Origin: Paracoccus suum
Lineage (GTDB): Bacteria > Pseudomonadota > Alphaproteobacteria > Rhodobacterales > Rhodobacteraceae
NCBI RefSeq assembly: GCF_003324675.1
Contig: NZ_CP030918.1
Location: 1,110,001 to 1,142,000 of the forward strand
Length of the DNA: 32,000 nt
Direction: 5' to 3'
Shown here: piece by piece, positions 1 to 11,363 of the stretch
How the letters are laid out: each line of letters opens with the position of its first letter
Position numbering within the stretch: the stretch's first letter is position 1
Program-made: the position numbers and the translations under genes
The notes under the pieces: model-generated
What the model was told of the DNA's origin: nothing
What the model saw: only the letters and a program-made list of their open reading frames with translations
The model's database searches: none

Positions 1-728
1 ATGACGCGCCGTGCCGACAGGTCCCAGTGCGGACGCGGTGCGGCAAAACCGGCGTCGTCTTTGGTATTTTCGCGAAACTCGGAGGCAGAGGCGGCCTCAA
101 GCCGCAGGTCCAGCTCGGCCATCACGACCGATTCGAAATGGGAGACGACATCGCGTGGGCGCAGGCGGCGGCTGGAGGGCGAGAGCCGCTCGACCAGGGA
201 TGCGCCGAAGTGAAAGGCGTCGATGTCGCGCCGGAAGGCGGCGGCGATGCCGGGACGCAGCACCTTGACCGCGACCTCGCCCCTCGTGTCGGCGCGAATG
301 GCGCGGTGGACCTGGGCGATCGAGGCTGCGGCGACTGGCTCGGACAGGGTGGCGAACAACTCGTCGGGCGGGGCACCCAGTTCTGCCGCGATGATCTGGC
401 GGGCTATCGGTGTCGGAAAGGGGGGCAGCCGATCCTGCAGCACCGCCAACTGGCCGGCCAGATCGACCCCCACGACATCGGCGCGAGTCGACAGGATCTG
501 GCCGAACTTGACATAGGCCGGCCCCAGCGCGTTCAGGGCGCGCGGGATCGGCGGCAGCGCCGGATCGCCGCGAAAGCCAAGCCAGCGAAATGGCCAGCCG
601 AGGATTCGCGCGGCCGCGCGAACGCGCGGGGATGCGCCCATGGCGTCCAGCGCGGCGCCCATCGCTCCGGTCCGTTCGAACGTGGCGCCCGTTCGGATCA
701 AGCGCAGCAGATTATGCGGTCCGCGCAA
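1..728 (-). CDS. ubiB: UbiB (ABC1/aarF-family ubiquinone biosynthesis protein kinase-like), N-terminal ~242 codons; 3' end runs off the left edge
   Basis: Absent from the ORF track because it is open at the window edge. Hand translation of the reverse strand starts at TTG 728-726, directly after the ubiE TAG at 731-729. It gives (M)RGPHNLLRLIRTGATFERTGAM...LNALGPAYVKFGQILSTRADVVGVDLAGQLAVLQDRLPPF...AAASIAQVHRA...EVAVKVLRPGI with no stop down to position 1. These are the UbiB/ABC1 N-terminal signatures, and ubiE-ubiB is the usual gene order. The TTG start is inferred. Confidence 0.8.
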   Translation of the reverse strand, partial: MRGPHNLLRLIRTGATFERTGAMGAALDAMGASPRVRAAARILGWPFRWLGFRGDPALPPIPRALNALGPAYVKFGQILSTRADVVGVDLAGQLAVLQDRLPPFPTPIARQIIAAELGAPPDELFATLSEPVAAASIAQVHRAIRADTRGEVAVKVLRPGIAAAFRRDIDAFHFGASLVERLSPSSRRLRPRDVVSHFESVVMAELDLRLEAASASEFRENTKDDAGFAAPRPHWDLSARRV

Positions 729-1481
729 CTAGATCTTCCAACCCGAATGCAGTGCGGCGATGCCCATCGACATGTTCCGATAACTGACGCGAGCAAAGCC
801 CGCATCGCGGATCATGGCAGCGAAACGCTCCTGATCGGGAAAGCGGCGAATCGATTCGACCAGGTACTGATAGCTATCGCGGTCGTTGGCGACGGCCTGC
901 CCGAGGGGCGGGATCACGTTGAAGGAATAGCGGTCGTAGGCCCACTGCAACGCGGGCACCGGCAGTTGGCTGAACTCCAGCACCACTAACCGGCCGCCGG
1001 GTTTCAGCACGCGGTAAGCGTCGGACAGGGCGGCCTCGATCCGGGTGACGTTGCGGATGCCGAAGCTGATCGTATAGCGGTCGAAGCTGGCGTCGGCGAA
1101 GGGCAGGGCCATGGCGTCGCCCACCACCCAGTCAAGGCAGTTCCCCATTGCTTGCGCCTCGGCGCGGGCCCGACCCTCGATCAGCATCGCCTCTGTCAGA
1201 TCGCACACCGTCACATGGGCGCCGGGTGCACGATCCAGAAAGCGAAAGGCGATGTCGCCCGTCCCGCCCGCCACATCCAGCAGGTGCTGGCCGTTTTGCG
1301 GCGCCAGCCAGTCCATCATCGCGGCTTTCCACAGGCGATGGACCCCGACGCTCATCAGGTCGTTCATCACGTCATAGCGCGATGCGACGCGCGAGAACAC
1401 GCCATGCACCAGCCCGGCCTTCTGATCCTCGGGCACGTCGCGAAAGCCGAAATGGGTTTTCCTGCCGGGGCCGTCGTCCAT
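729..1481 (-). CDS. ubiE: Demethylmenaquinone/ubiquinone C-methyltransferase UbiE (class I SAM methyltransferase)
   Basis: Lies in ORF 729..1802(-). The homologous part starts at the internal ATG (cat at 1479-1481): [44 protein letters not shown]... It has the SAM motif [12 protein letters not shown] and ends ...[12 protein letters not shown]. The upstream 107 codons are Arg/Ser-rich and look non-coding. Confidence 0.9.
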   Translation of the reverse strand: MDDGPGRKTHFGFRDVPEDQKAGLVHGVFSRVASRYDVMNDLMSVGVHRLWKAAMMDWLAPQNGQHLLDVAGGTGDIAFRFLDRAPGAHVTVCDLTEAMLIEGRARAEAQAMGNCLDWVVGDAMALPFADASFDRYTISFGIRNVTRIEAALSDAYRVLKPGGRLVVLEFSQLPVPALQWAYDRYSFNVIPPLGQAVANDRDSYQYLVESIRRFPDQERFAAMIRDAGFARVSYRNMSMGIAALHSGWKI

Positions 1482-1563
1482 GGTGCTTGCCGTTCGCCTG
1501 CTACATCCGGCAAGACTGGGGCGCCCGCCGATCGGCGGCGACAGTGCAACGGATGGGCCCGGA

Positions 1564-2400
1564 ATGCCAGAACTGCCGGAGGTCGAGACGGTGCGACGCG
1601 GCCTTGAGCCGCATCTGGTCGGCCAGAAGATTGCCCGGGTCGAGGTGCGCCGGCCGGACCTGCGCTGGCCGCTGCCGGTAGATCTGGTGCAGGTGCTGAC
1701 CGGCGCCACGGTCACCGACCTCGGGCGGCGGTCGAAATACCTGCTGGGCACGCTCGATCGCGGCCCGGTCTTGCTGCTGCATCTGGGCATGTCGGGGCGC
1801 ATGCTCGTCGAGGGTGGGCCCTTGGCCGAGTTTCACCGCGACCCCGGCGTCCTGCCCCGGCACGACCACGTGGTCCTGACGATGGCTGATGGCACGACCA
1901 TCACCTTCAACGACGCGCGCCGCTTTGGCATGGTGGATCTGATCGCCCCCGGCGCGGTGCATCCGCTGCTGGCCAAGCTGGGACCGGAACCGCTTGAGGG
2001 TGACTTGAACCTTGCGCCGGTGTTTGCCGGCAAGAAAGCGCCGGTGAAGCAGGTGCTACTGGATCAGCGCCGCGTTGCGGGTCTCGGCAACATCTATGTC
2101 AGCGAGGCGCTGCACCGCGCTGGCATCGACCCGCGCCGCGCGGCAGGTCGCATCGGGGCTGCGCGGATCGCCGCGCTGCAGGGGCATATCCGCGATGTGC
2201 TGACCGAGGCGATTGCCGCCGGCGGCTCGTCGCTGCGCGATCACCGCCAGGCCTCGGGCGAGCTGGGCTATTTCCAGCACAGCTTCCGCGTCTATGACCG
2301 CGAGGGTGCCCCCTGTCCGCGGCCGGGCTGCAACGGGACGATTCGGCGGATCGTGCAGAGCGGTCGGTCGAGTTTCTATTGCCCGCAGTGCCAGAGATGA
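1564..2400 (+). CDS. mutM: Formamidopyrimidine-DNA glycosylase (Fpg/MutM)
   Basis: The internal ATG at 1564 gives the canonical N-terminus [14 protein letters not shown] (catalytic Pro2/Glu3). The C-terminal zinc finger [27 protein letters not shown] is present. Divergent from ubiE. Confidence 0.93.
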   Translation: MPELPEVETVRRGLEPHLVGQKIARVEVRRPDLRWPLPVDLVQVLTGATVTDLGRRSKYLLGTLDRGPVLLLHLGMSGRMLVEGGPLAEFHRDPGVLPRHDHVVLTMADGTTITFNDARRFGMVDLIAPGAVHPLLAKLGPEPLEGDLNLAPVFAGKKAPVKQVLLDQRRVAGLGNIYVSEALHRAGIDPRRAAGRIGAARIAALQGHIRDVLTEAIAAGGSSLRDHRQASGELGYFQHSFRVYDREGAPCPRPGCNGTIRRIVQSGRSSFYCPQCQR

Positions 2401-2517
2401 ATGCCCGGGGCCGCCCCTAAGCGGCGCGCCTGCTGCCGCGCCAACGGGCCCGCCTTTCTTTGCCTGCCCCGGTCTGATAGCGGGGCTGCGCAACTGACGC
2501 CCGAGAAGGAGCCGGCC

Positions 2518-3294
2518 ATGGCCTTCGAGACCATCATCGTCGAGACCGAGGATCACATCGCGACCGTGCGCCTCAACCGCCCCGAGGCGCTGAACGCCTT
2601 GAACGGAGTGTTGCTGGGTGAGTTGTCGGCGGCGCTGCAGGCGCTCGACGCCGATCCCGAGGTGCGGTGCATCATCCTGACCGGCAGCGACAAGGCCTTT
2701 GCAGCCGGGGCCGACATCCGCGAGATGGCGGAAAAGACCTATGCCGACGTCTATCTGACGGACCTGTTCACCAATGACACCGATGCCATCGGCCGGGTGC
2801 GCAAGCCGATCATCGCGGCGGTCGCCGGCTACGCGCTGGGTGGCGGCTGCGAGTTGGCGATGGCTTGCGACTTTATCATCTGCGCCGACACCGCCAAGTT
2901 CGGGCAGCCCGAGATCAACCTCGGCGTCGTCGCGGGAATCGGCGGCACGCAACGCCTGACCCGCGCGGTCGGCAAGGCCAAGGCGATGGATATGAACCTG
3001 ACCGGCCGGTTCATGGACGCGGCCGAAGCCGAGCGGTCGGGCCTCGTCAGCCGGGTCGTCCCGGCGGCCGACCTGATGACCGAGGCACGGGGCGCCGCGC
3101 GCAAGATCGCGGCCAAGTCTGCAATTGCGGCGCGGACCGTGAAGGAATGCGTGAACCGCGCCCAGGAAACCAGCCTGCGCGAAGGCCTGCTGTTCGAGCG
3201 TCGGGCCTTTCACGCCCTCTTCGCGACCGAGGACCAGAAAGAGGGCATGGCCGCGTTTCTGGCCAAGCGCGAGCCGCAGTTCCGCGACCGCTAG
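2518..3294 (+). CDS. Enoyl-CoA hydratase (crotonase superfamily), 258 aa
   Basis: ATG at 2518 is preceded by gagaaggag. Sequence reads [29 protein letters not shown]..., with KAFAAGADI and [15 protein letters not shown] crotonase motifs and ...[17 protein letters not shown] at the end. Confidence 0.88.
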   Translation: MAFETIIVETEDHIATVRLNRPEALNALNGVLLGELSAALQALDADPEVRCIILTGSDKAFAAGADIREMAEKTYADVYLTDLFTNDTDAIGRVRKPIIAAVAGYALGGGCELAMACDFIICADTAKFGQPEINLGVVAGIGGTQRLTRAVGKAKAMDMNLTGRFMDAAEAERSGLVSRVVPAADLMTEARGAARKIAAKSAIAARTVKECVNRAQETSLREGLLFERRAFHALFATEDQKEGMAAFLAKREPQFRDR

Positions 3295-3301
3295 AGCATG
3301 C

Positions 3302-3330
3302 TTGACTCGGCCCGGCAGCCCGCATAGAAG
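3302..3330 (+). promoter_or_regulatory. Candidate sigma70-type promoter for rpsT (TTGACT-N17-TAGAAG)
   Basis: TTGACT at 3302-3307 and TAGAAG at 3325-3330 with a 17-nt spacer, about 47 nt upstream of the rpsT ATG. Pattern match only. Confidence 0.4.
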
Positions 3331-3376
3331 CGCGGCTTCAAATTAGCTCCCCGATCAAACCGGATTACGTTCAGAC

Positions 3377-3652
3377 ATGGCCAACACGCCCCAGTCCAAG
3401 AAGCGCGCGCGCCAGACCGAGCGCCGCACCGCCATCAACAAGGCTCGCCGTTCGCGGATTCGGACCTTTCTGAAAAAGGTCGAGGTCGCGCTGGCCGGTG
3501 GTGACGCCGACGTCGCCAAAACCGCCCTGCAGGCTGCCCAGCCCGAACTGATGCGCGGCGTGACCAAGGGTGTGGTTCACAAGAACACGGCCTCGCGCAA
3601 GATCTCGCGTCTGGCAGCCCGCGTGAAGGCGCTGTCGACCAAAGCTGCATAA
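3377..3652 (+). CDS. rpsT: 30S ribosomal protein S20
   Basis: 91-aa basic protein [36 protein letters not shown]...[19 protein letters not shown]. rpsT upstream of dnaA is the conserved alphaproteobacterial arrangement. Confidence 0.95.
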   Translation: MANTPQSKKRARQTERRTAINKARRSRIRTFLKKVEVALAGGDADVAKTALQAAQPELMRGVTKGVVHKNTASRKISRLAARVKALSTKAA

Positions 3653-3700
3653 GGCTGACCGACCGCCTGCGGGGGGTCGAAGCCATCCAAGCGGTTACGC

Positions 3701-3730
3701 AAGGGCGCACCTTCGGGCGGCGCCCTTTTC
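3701..3730 (+). terminator. Probable rho-independent terminator of rpsT
   Basis: aaGGGCGC(3703-3708)...GCGCCC(3720-3725)tttt. A GC stem followed by a T-run, about 50 nt after the rpsT stop. Confidence 0.55.
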
Positions 3731-4160
3731 CCTTGTCCGGACTGGGCCGTGATGCCGCAAACGCCTGTTTAACCGTGTTCGTGAACGGGGTGTGGCGCAA
3801 TTCCGCGGGCGCGCAGATTCGATTGGCGCGGGGGTCTGTCAAGCGCGAAGATCGGTTGCGGGTGGGCGCCCCGTCCTCGTAACGTCCAAGGGCGATTCAC
3901 GTCGCGGGGACATGTGGTCGGAATCGGGCAAAGCTCTCGATCGGCCGCGACGCATAAAGGCGGACACCGCCGGTGCGTGAGACGGGCAAGATCGGCTGCC
4001 ACCGATTCTGCAGTTTCGATGTCGTTCCAGAAGGGCCGGTCCTTTGACCGCCCGGCATCCGGGCCTGCCCGGTGCGGGGTGGCGGGTGCTGTCGTTCTGG
4101 CCCGTGGCGGGGAAAGCGCGTCTCGCCGATCGTTCCGGCGGGGGTTGGGGACATGAACGG

Positions 4161-5543
4161 ATGACGGACGACATGCTGCAAGACATTTGGGGTCAGGCGC
4201 GCGCCGAACTGCAAAAAAGCGTTGGCGCGAATAACTACACCACCTGGATCGAGCCGCTGCGGCTGACCCGTCTGGACGATTCCGAGGCCGGTTTTGCGAC
4301 GCCCACCCGCTTTATGTCTAACTGGGTTTCACGTCATTACAGTGACACGATCCGCACCGAATTGGCCCGTGCGGGACAGGCCGTCGAGCGGGTGACATTC
4401 GAGGTGCAGCCGGCCGGCAGCCCCAAGGTCGCGACTGCGCCCGAGGCCCCGGCGGCCGAGGCTGATGCGCCGGCGTCGCCGGCGGTCTTGCGGGGCGAGG
4501 ACGACCTCGCGGCGCCGTTGGACAACCGCTTCACCTTCAACAATTTCATCGTCGGCAAACCCAACGAGCTGGCCCATGCCGCTGCGCGGCGCGTGGCCGA
4601 GGGCGGGCCGGTGACCTTCAACCCGCTATTTCTGTATGGCGGCGTCGGTCTCGGCAAGACGCACCTTATGCATGCCATCGCGCGCGAATATCAGGCCAGC
4701 CACCCGGAGGCGCGGGTGCTTTATCTGTCGGCCGAGCAGTTCATGTACCGCTTCGTGCAGGCCCTGCGCGAGCGCACCATTATGGACTTCAAGGAACTGT
4801 TTCGCACCGTCAGTGTGCTGATGGTCGACGACGTGCAGTTCATCGCCGGCAAGGACAGCACCCAGGAAGAGTTCTTTCATACGTTCAACGCCCTGGTTGA
4901 TCAGGGCAAACAGATCATCATCAGCGCCGACCGCGCGCCGGGCGAGATCAAGGATCTTGAGGAGCGGATCAAGTCGCGCCTGTCCTGCGGACTGATCGTC
5001 GATCTGCACCCGACGGATTACGAGCTGCGCCTCGGCATCCTGCAGGCCAAGACCGAGGCCTTCCGGGTGATGTATCCGAACCTGGAGATCGCGCCCGAGG
5101 TGCTGGAGTTTCTAGCCCGCCGCATCACCAGCAACGTGCGCGTGTTGGAAGGCGCACTGCAGCGCCTACTGGCCCATGCGAGCCTGTTGGGCTGCAAGAT
5201 CACGCTCGATCTGACGCAAAGCTGCCTTGGCGACATCCTGCGCTCGTCCGATCGCAAGCTGACGATCGAGGAAATCCAGCGCAAGGTGGCCGAGCATTAC
5301 AACATCCGCCTTGCCGATCTGGTCGGTCCAAAGCGGGTACGGACCGTTGCCCGTCCGCGCCAGGTGGCGATGTATCTGGCCAAGCAACTGACCGCACGCT
5401 CGCTCCCCGAGATCGGGCGCCGCTTCGGCGGGCGCGATCACACCACGATCATGCACGGCGTGCGGAAGATCGAGGAACTCAAGTCCGACGACCGCCAGAT
5501 CGCCGAGGACGTCGAGTTGCTGCGCAGGCTTCTGGAAGCATAA
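4161..5543 (+). CDS. dnaA: Chromosomal replication initiator protein DnaA
   Basis: ORF 4044..5543. Homology begins at MTDDMLQDIWGQARAELQKSVGANNYTTWIEPL (ATG 4161; alternative ATG 4173). It has Walker A GGVGLGKTHL, Walker B VLMVDDVQFI and the C-terminal DNA-binding region VARPRQVAMYLAKQLTARSLPEIGRRFGGRDHTTIMHGVRKI. The 39 upstream codons look non-coding. Confidence 0.95.
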   Translation: MTDDMLQDIWGQARAELQKSVGANNYTTWIEPLRLTRLDDSEAGFATPTRFMSNWVSRHYSDTIRTELARAGQAVERVTFEVQPAGSPKVATAPEAPAAEADAPASPAVLRGEDDLAAPLDNRFTFNNFIVGKPNELAHAAARRVAEGGPVTFNPLFLYGGVGLGKTHLMHAIAREYQASHPEARVLYLSAEQFMYRFVQALRERTIMDFKELFRTVSVLMVDDVQFIAGKDSTQEEFFHTFNALVDQGKQIIISADRAPGEIKDLEERIKSRLSCGLIVDLHPTDYELRLGILQAKTEAFRVMYPNLEIAPEVLEFLARRITSNVRVLEGALQRLLAHASLLGCKITLDLTQSCLGDILRSSDRKLTIEEIQRKVAEHYNIRLADLVGPKRVRTVARPRQVAMYLAKQLTARSLPEIGRRFGGRDHTTIMHGVRKIEELKSDDRQIAEDVELLRRLLEA

Positions 5544-5630
5544 GCACTGACAAACTTGTGAGGCGGAAAAACCGCCGCTAGAACAATGCCTCGGGCAAGG
5601 CCCCGGATGGGCCGGATTAGGGGACGGGCA

Positions 5631-6755
5631 ATGAAAGTCTCGATCGAACGTGCGGTGTTGGTAAAGGCCGTGGCCCAGGCGCAGTCGGTGGTCGAGCGCC
5701 GCAACACCATTCCGATCCTCGGCAACGTGCTGATCGAGGCCGAGGGCAGCGACGTCACCTTCCGCGCGACCGATCTGGATACCGAGATCGTCGACCGCGT
5801 CCCGGCCCAGGTGGAACGCGCCGGCGCGACCACGGTCAACGCGGTCATGCTGAACGAGATCGCACGCAAGCTGCCCGACGGGGCGCTGGTGGGGCTGACG
5901 CTGGAGCCGACGACCGGCCGCCTCACGGTCGAGGCGGGGCGCACGACCTTCAGCCTCGCGACCCTGCCGCGCGAAGATTTTCCCGTCATGGCCTCGTCCG
6001 AATACGCGGCCAATTTCAGCTGCAATGCGGGCGCGTTGAAGCGGCTTTTCGACAAATCGCAGTTCGCTGTCAGCAACGAAGAGACGCGCTATTACCTGAA
6101 CGGCGTCTACATGCATGTCGCGCAGGGCGATGACGGGCCCGGCCTGCGCTGCGTCGCGACCGACGGGCACCGGTTGGCGCGGATCGACGGCCCGCTGCCG
6201 GACAACGCCGGCGACATGCCGGGCGTGATCGTGCCGCGCAAGACGGTCGCCGAACTGCTGCGGCTCCTGGGACAGGTGCCCGAGGACAGCCCGATCGCCG
6301 TCTCGGTCAGCGAGACCAAGGTCCGCTTTGCGACCCCGGCCGTGACGCTGACCAGCAAGGTCATCGACGGCACCTTCCCCGATTACGCGCGCGTCATCCC
6401 CTCGGGCAACACCCGCCGACTGGAGGTTGATGCCAGCGATTTTGCCCGCGCCGTGGACCGCGTCGCGACCGTGTCGTCCGAGCGTTCGCGCGCGGTCAAG
6501 CTGGCACTTGACGAGGATCGCCTCGTGCTGTCGGTCACGGCGCCCGACGCTGGCGCCGCCCAGGAAGAGCTTCCGGTCGCCTATGACGCCGGCGCCCTGG
6601 AGATCGGCTTCAACGCGAAATACCTCAAGGAAATTGCCGATCAGGTCGACCACGAGAACGCGGTTTTCCTGTTCAACGGCCCTGGCGATGCCGCGCTGAT
6701 CCGCGAAGGCGGAGACATGTCCGCGGTCTATGTCGTGATGCCGATGCGCGTGTGA
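5631..6755 (+). CDS. dnaN: DNA polymerase III beta sliding clamp
   Basis: ATG 5631 follows aggggacggg. Sequence reads MKVSIERAVLVKAVAQAQSVVERRNTIPILGNVLIEAEG... and ends ...AVYVVMPMRV. Canonical position after dnaA. Confidence 0.95.
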   Translation: MKVSIERAVLVKAVAQAQSVVERRNTIPILGNVLIEAEGSDVTFRATDLDTEIVDRVPAQVERAGATTVNAVMLNEIARKLPDGALVGLTLEPTTGRLTVEAGRTTFSLATLPREDFPVMASSEYAANFSCNAGALKRLFDKSQFAVSNEETRYYLNGVYMHVAQGDDGPGLRCVATDGHRLARIDGPLPDNAGDMPGVIVPRKTVAELLRLLGQVPEDSPIAVSVSETKVRFATPAVTLTSKVIDGTFPDYARVIPSGNTRRLEVDASDFARAVDRVATVSSERSRAVKLALDEDRLVLSVTAPDAGAAQEELPVAYDAGALEIGFNAKYLKEIADQVDHENAVFLFNGPGDAALIREGGDMSAVYVVMPMRV

Positions 6756-7831
6756 GCCTGTCGCGGCTGACGCTGGCGCAGTTCCGGTCCTGGCCGCGGC
6801 TGGATCTGCCGCTGGACGGCCGGCCGGTCGCGATCTTTGGCGCGAATGGCTCGGGCAAGACCAATATCCTCGAGGCGGTGTCCATGCTCTCGCCAGGACG
6901 CGGGCTTCGAGGGGCAACGCCGGGCGATCAGGCGCGGCAAGGCGTTGGCGCGGGCTGGCGTGTCCGCGCGGAAATGGGCGGGCGGATGGTTGAAACCGGC
7001 GCTGCGCCCGGCGAGCCGCGAGGCGTGATGATCGACGAGAAGGCGGCTCCGCAATCGACGCTGGGCAGCCTTGCGCGGATCATCTGGCTGGTGCCTGCCA
7101 TGGACCGGCTGTGGACCGATGCACCGGAGGGGCGGCGGCGGTTCCTCGACCGCCTGACCCTCAGCTTCGAGCCGGGGCACGCCGAGGCTGCGCTGACCTA
7201 TGACAAGGCCATGCGTGAGCGAAACCGGCTGCTGCGGGACGAGGTGGGCGACCCCGGCTGGTATCGTGCGCTGGAGGCGCAGATGGCCGAGGCGGGAGCG
7301 ACGGTGACCGCCAACCGCCTGGCCGCACTGTCCCGGATCGCAGGCGCGCAGGAGGCAGGCGATCCCCAGGATTTCCCCGCCGCCGTGCTGTCCCTGCTGC
7401 CGGGTGAAGGCTTTGCCAATGATCCCGACCCCCAGGCTCTGGCGATAAGGTTGGCGGATGGCCGGCGTCGCGATCTCGCCGCCGGACGCACGCTGATCGG
7501 CCCGCATCGCGCCGATCTGGGCGCCGTCTGGGGACCGCAGGACATGCCGGCTGCGCTGGCCTCGACCGGCGAGCAGAAGGCGCTGCTGCTGTCGCTGATC
7601 CTCGCCAATGCGCGCGCGTTGGCCGGCGAGACTGTGGTCCTGCTGCTCGACGAGGTGGCTGCACATCTGGATGCTGGACGGCGCGCGGCGCTGCACGCGC
7701 GCATCTGCGCGCTGCCGGCGCAGAGCCTGCTGACCGGCACCGGGCGCGAGCTGTTCGAGGCGCTGGAGGGGCGAGCCGCGATGGTCGAGGTGGAGAAGCT
7801 GGAGGGCGCCAGCCGCGCCCGCGTCGAATGA
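6752..7831 (+). CDS. recF: DNA replication and repair protein RecF
   Basis: The GTG start at 6752 overlaps the dnaN stop (GTGA). Sequence reads SLSRLTLAQFRSWPRLDL..., with Walker A GANGSGKTNILEA and Walker B/D-loop region VLLLDEVAAHLD. Confidence 0.93.
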   Translation: MSLSRLTLAQFRSWPRLDLPLDGRPVAIFGANGSGKTNILEAVSMLSPGRGLRGATPGDQARQGVGAGWRVRAEMGGRMVETGAAPGEPRGVMIDEKAAPQSTLGSLARIIWLVPAMDRLWTDAPEGRRRFLDRLTLSFEPGHAEAALTYDKAMRERNRLLRDEVGDPGWYRALEAQMAEAGATVTANRLAALSRIAGAQEAGDPQDFPAAVLSLLPGEGFANDPDPQALAIRLADGRRRDLAAGRTLIGPHRADLGAVWGPQDMPAALASTGEQKALLLSLILANARALAGETVVLLLDEVAAHLDAGRRAALHARICALPAQSLLTGTGRELFEALEGRAAMVEVEKLEGASRARVE

Positions 7832-7861
7832 GCCCAACCCCCCGAATTTCCCGCCTTTACC

Positions 7862-10355
<2,494 letters not shown>

Positions 10356-10383
10356 GGAAATCCACCCCGGGTTGAGGGTACCT

Positions 10384-10414
10384 GTTTCTTTTCTGCCAAC
10401 CTCAAAGAAACTTT
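10384..10414 (+). terminator. Weak candidate terminator hairpin after gyrB
   Basis: GTTTCTTT (10384-10391) pairs with AAAGAAAC (10404-10411) across a 12-nt loop, followed by TTT. The stem is AT-rich and the loop is long. Confidence 0.25.
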
Positions 10415-10554
10415 ACCTCGCCGGCCCGGATAGGGGGTCCAATCTGCGTTAACTTGCGTTAATAAGGCGCAGAGAACGCCGCGGGTACCGCGACGGCAAG
10501 CCGCGACCGCTGCGTCAAGCGGGGTCCGGACTACTTGGTAAGGATGATTTCGAC

Positions 10555-11259
10555 ATGAAGAGCATGATTTCCTCGCTCGCCCTCGCGGCTGCTGGTCTGG
10601 TCGGCGCCCAAGCCGCGAACGCTGGTGGTTACACCCCCGCGGTCGTCGAGCCCCCGGTTACGGTTGCGCCGGTTGTCGAGACGCAGGTTGGCAACTGGCA
10701 GGGTGCCTATGTTGGTGCCACCTTGGGCTATGCCACTGGCGAAAAGGACCGCATCGGCCTGACCGAGAACGGCCAGCTGATCGACCCTGAAATCGGCGAC
10801 ACCAAAATCCGCGGAGTCAACGGCGGCGTGCATGTCGGCTATCGCTGGCAGCGTGACCGCTGGGTGTTCGGCCCGGAACTCTCGTTCGAGGGCGGTTCGG
10901 TCGACGACAGCTTCACTACCGCGAGCGGTGTGAAAGTCGAGTCGAAGCTGAAGAGCAAGGCTGCTCTGAAGCTGAAGACCGGCTATGAAGTCCAGCCGAA
11001 CATGCTTGTCTACGGCATCGCTGGTGTTGCCAACGGCAAGTACGAGTACAAGTACGGCGACTATAACGACGATTACACCGCCAACGGCTATGTCTTCGGT
11101 ATCGGCGTCGAGCGGCAGATCAACGAGCGCATGTCGGTGATCGGCGAGATCGAGCGCAACCAGTTCGACAAGGAAAAAGTGGAACTGGTTCCCGGCATCA
11201 CCACCACCGCCTCGCCGTCCTACACCAACGTCAAAGTCGGCCTGAACTTCAAGTTCTGA
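10555..11259 (+). CDS. Outer-membrane beta-barrel protein, Omp25/Omp31/OmpA-like porin family (OMP_b-brl type)
   Basis: Signal peptide MKSMISSLALAAAGLVGAQAANA, alternating Gly/aromatic beta-strand pattern, and the C-terminal OMP signature ...NVKVGLNFKF with terminal Phe. SD aagga lies upstream. G+C is visibly lower than in the neighbours. Confidence 0.85.
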   Translation: MKSMISSLALAAAGLVGAQAANAGGYTPAVVEPPVTVAPVVETQVGNWQGAYVGATLGYATGEKDRIGLTENGQLIDPEIGDTKIRGVNGGVHVGYRWQRDRWVFGPELSFEGGSVDDSFTTASGVKVESKLKSKAALKLKTGYEVQPNMLVYGIAGVANGKYEYKYGDYNDDYTANGYVFGIGVERQINERMSVIGEIERNQFDKEKVELVPGITTTASPSYTNVKVGLNFKF

Positions 11260-11280
11260 GATCGACCTGATGACAAATAG

Positions 11281-11306
11281 GGCCGCCCTTCGGGGCGGCC
11301 CTTTTC
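11281..11306 (+). terminator. Rho-independent terminator of the porin gene (possibly bidirectional)
   Basis: GGCCGCCC-ttcg-GGGCGGCC: a perfect 8-bp GC stem with a tetraloop, followed by cttttc. Confidence 0.85.
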
Positions 11307-11363
11307 ATTATGTACGGCTGGATCGTGCCACGCCCAGTCCTCGGCGCGATAGCAATCGCCGCT

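Noticed and set aside
4071-4150. A series of G-runs (GGGG 4076-4079, GGG 4084-4086, GGGG 4109-4112, GGGGG 4140-4144, GGGG 4147-4150) just upstream of the dnaA start, as a possible G-quadruplex.
   Set aside because: The loops between runs are 20-30 nt, far beyond canonical G4 spacing, and G-runs of this kind are frequent by chance in DNA this GC-rich.
3792-4156. Small ORFs in the dnaA upstream spacer (3792..3980 +, 62 aa; 3914..4156 +, 80 aa) as possible leader peptides or small proteins.
   Set aside because: Their composition is Arg/Gly/Ala-rich, typical of random frames in GC-rich DNA. They have no SD and no recognisable motif.
3653-4160. The rpsT-dnaA spacer as the chromosomal origin (oriC).
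   Set aside because: I found no 9-mer within two mismatches of TTATCCACA/TGTGGATAA. The best candidates, such as TGTGGCGCA at 3791, have 3 or more mismatches. There is no AT-rich unwinding element, and the region is GC-rich throughout. In many alphaproteobacteria oriC is not adjacent to dnaA. A promoter plus leader is the simpler reading, though a proper DnaA-box matrix scan and GC-skew analysis were not possible here.
4044-4160. N-terminal extensions offered by the ORF track: dnaA from 4044, dnaN from 5586, ligase from 16461, ubiE from 1802, hppD from 26148, serC from 28296, GST from 19324, mutM from 1480, the hydratase from 2401.
   Set aside because: In each case the extension is low-complexity, overlaps a neighbouring gene or promoter, and precedes an internal start that reproduces the family's canonical N-terminus, usually with an SD-like purine tract.
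5166-6917. Very long antisense ORFs opposite well-supported genes. Examples: 5166..6917(-) opposite dnaA/dnaN, 8454..10343(-) opposite gyrB, 12842..14950(+) opposite the helicase, 14968..16212(+) opposite the ligase, 29598..31385(-) opposite serA, 24643..26040(+) opposite hppD, 27..989(+) opposite ubiB, and similar.
   Set aside because: Their translations are Arg/Ala/Gly/Pro-rich with no recognisable motifs, while the opposite strand encodes proteins with unmistakable family signatures. Long stop-free antisense frames are an expected artefact of high-G+C codon usage.
10449-10462. A CtrA box upstream of the porin gene.
   Set aside because: The spacing is TTAA-N6-TTAA rather than the canonical TTAA-N7-TTAA, so I do not call it a CtrA site. 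It is reported only as a phased direct repeat.
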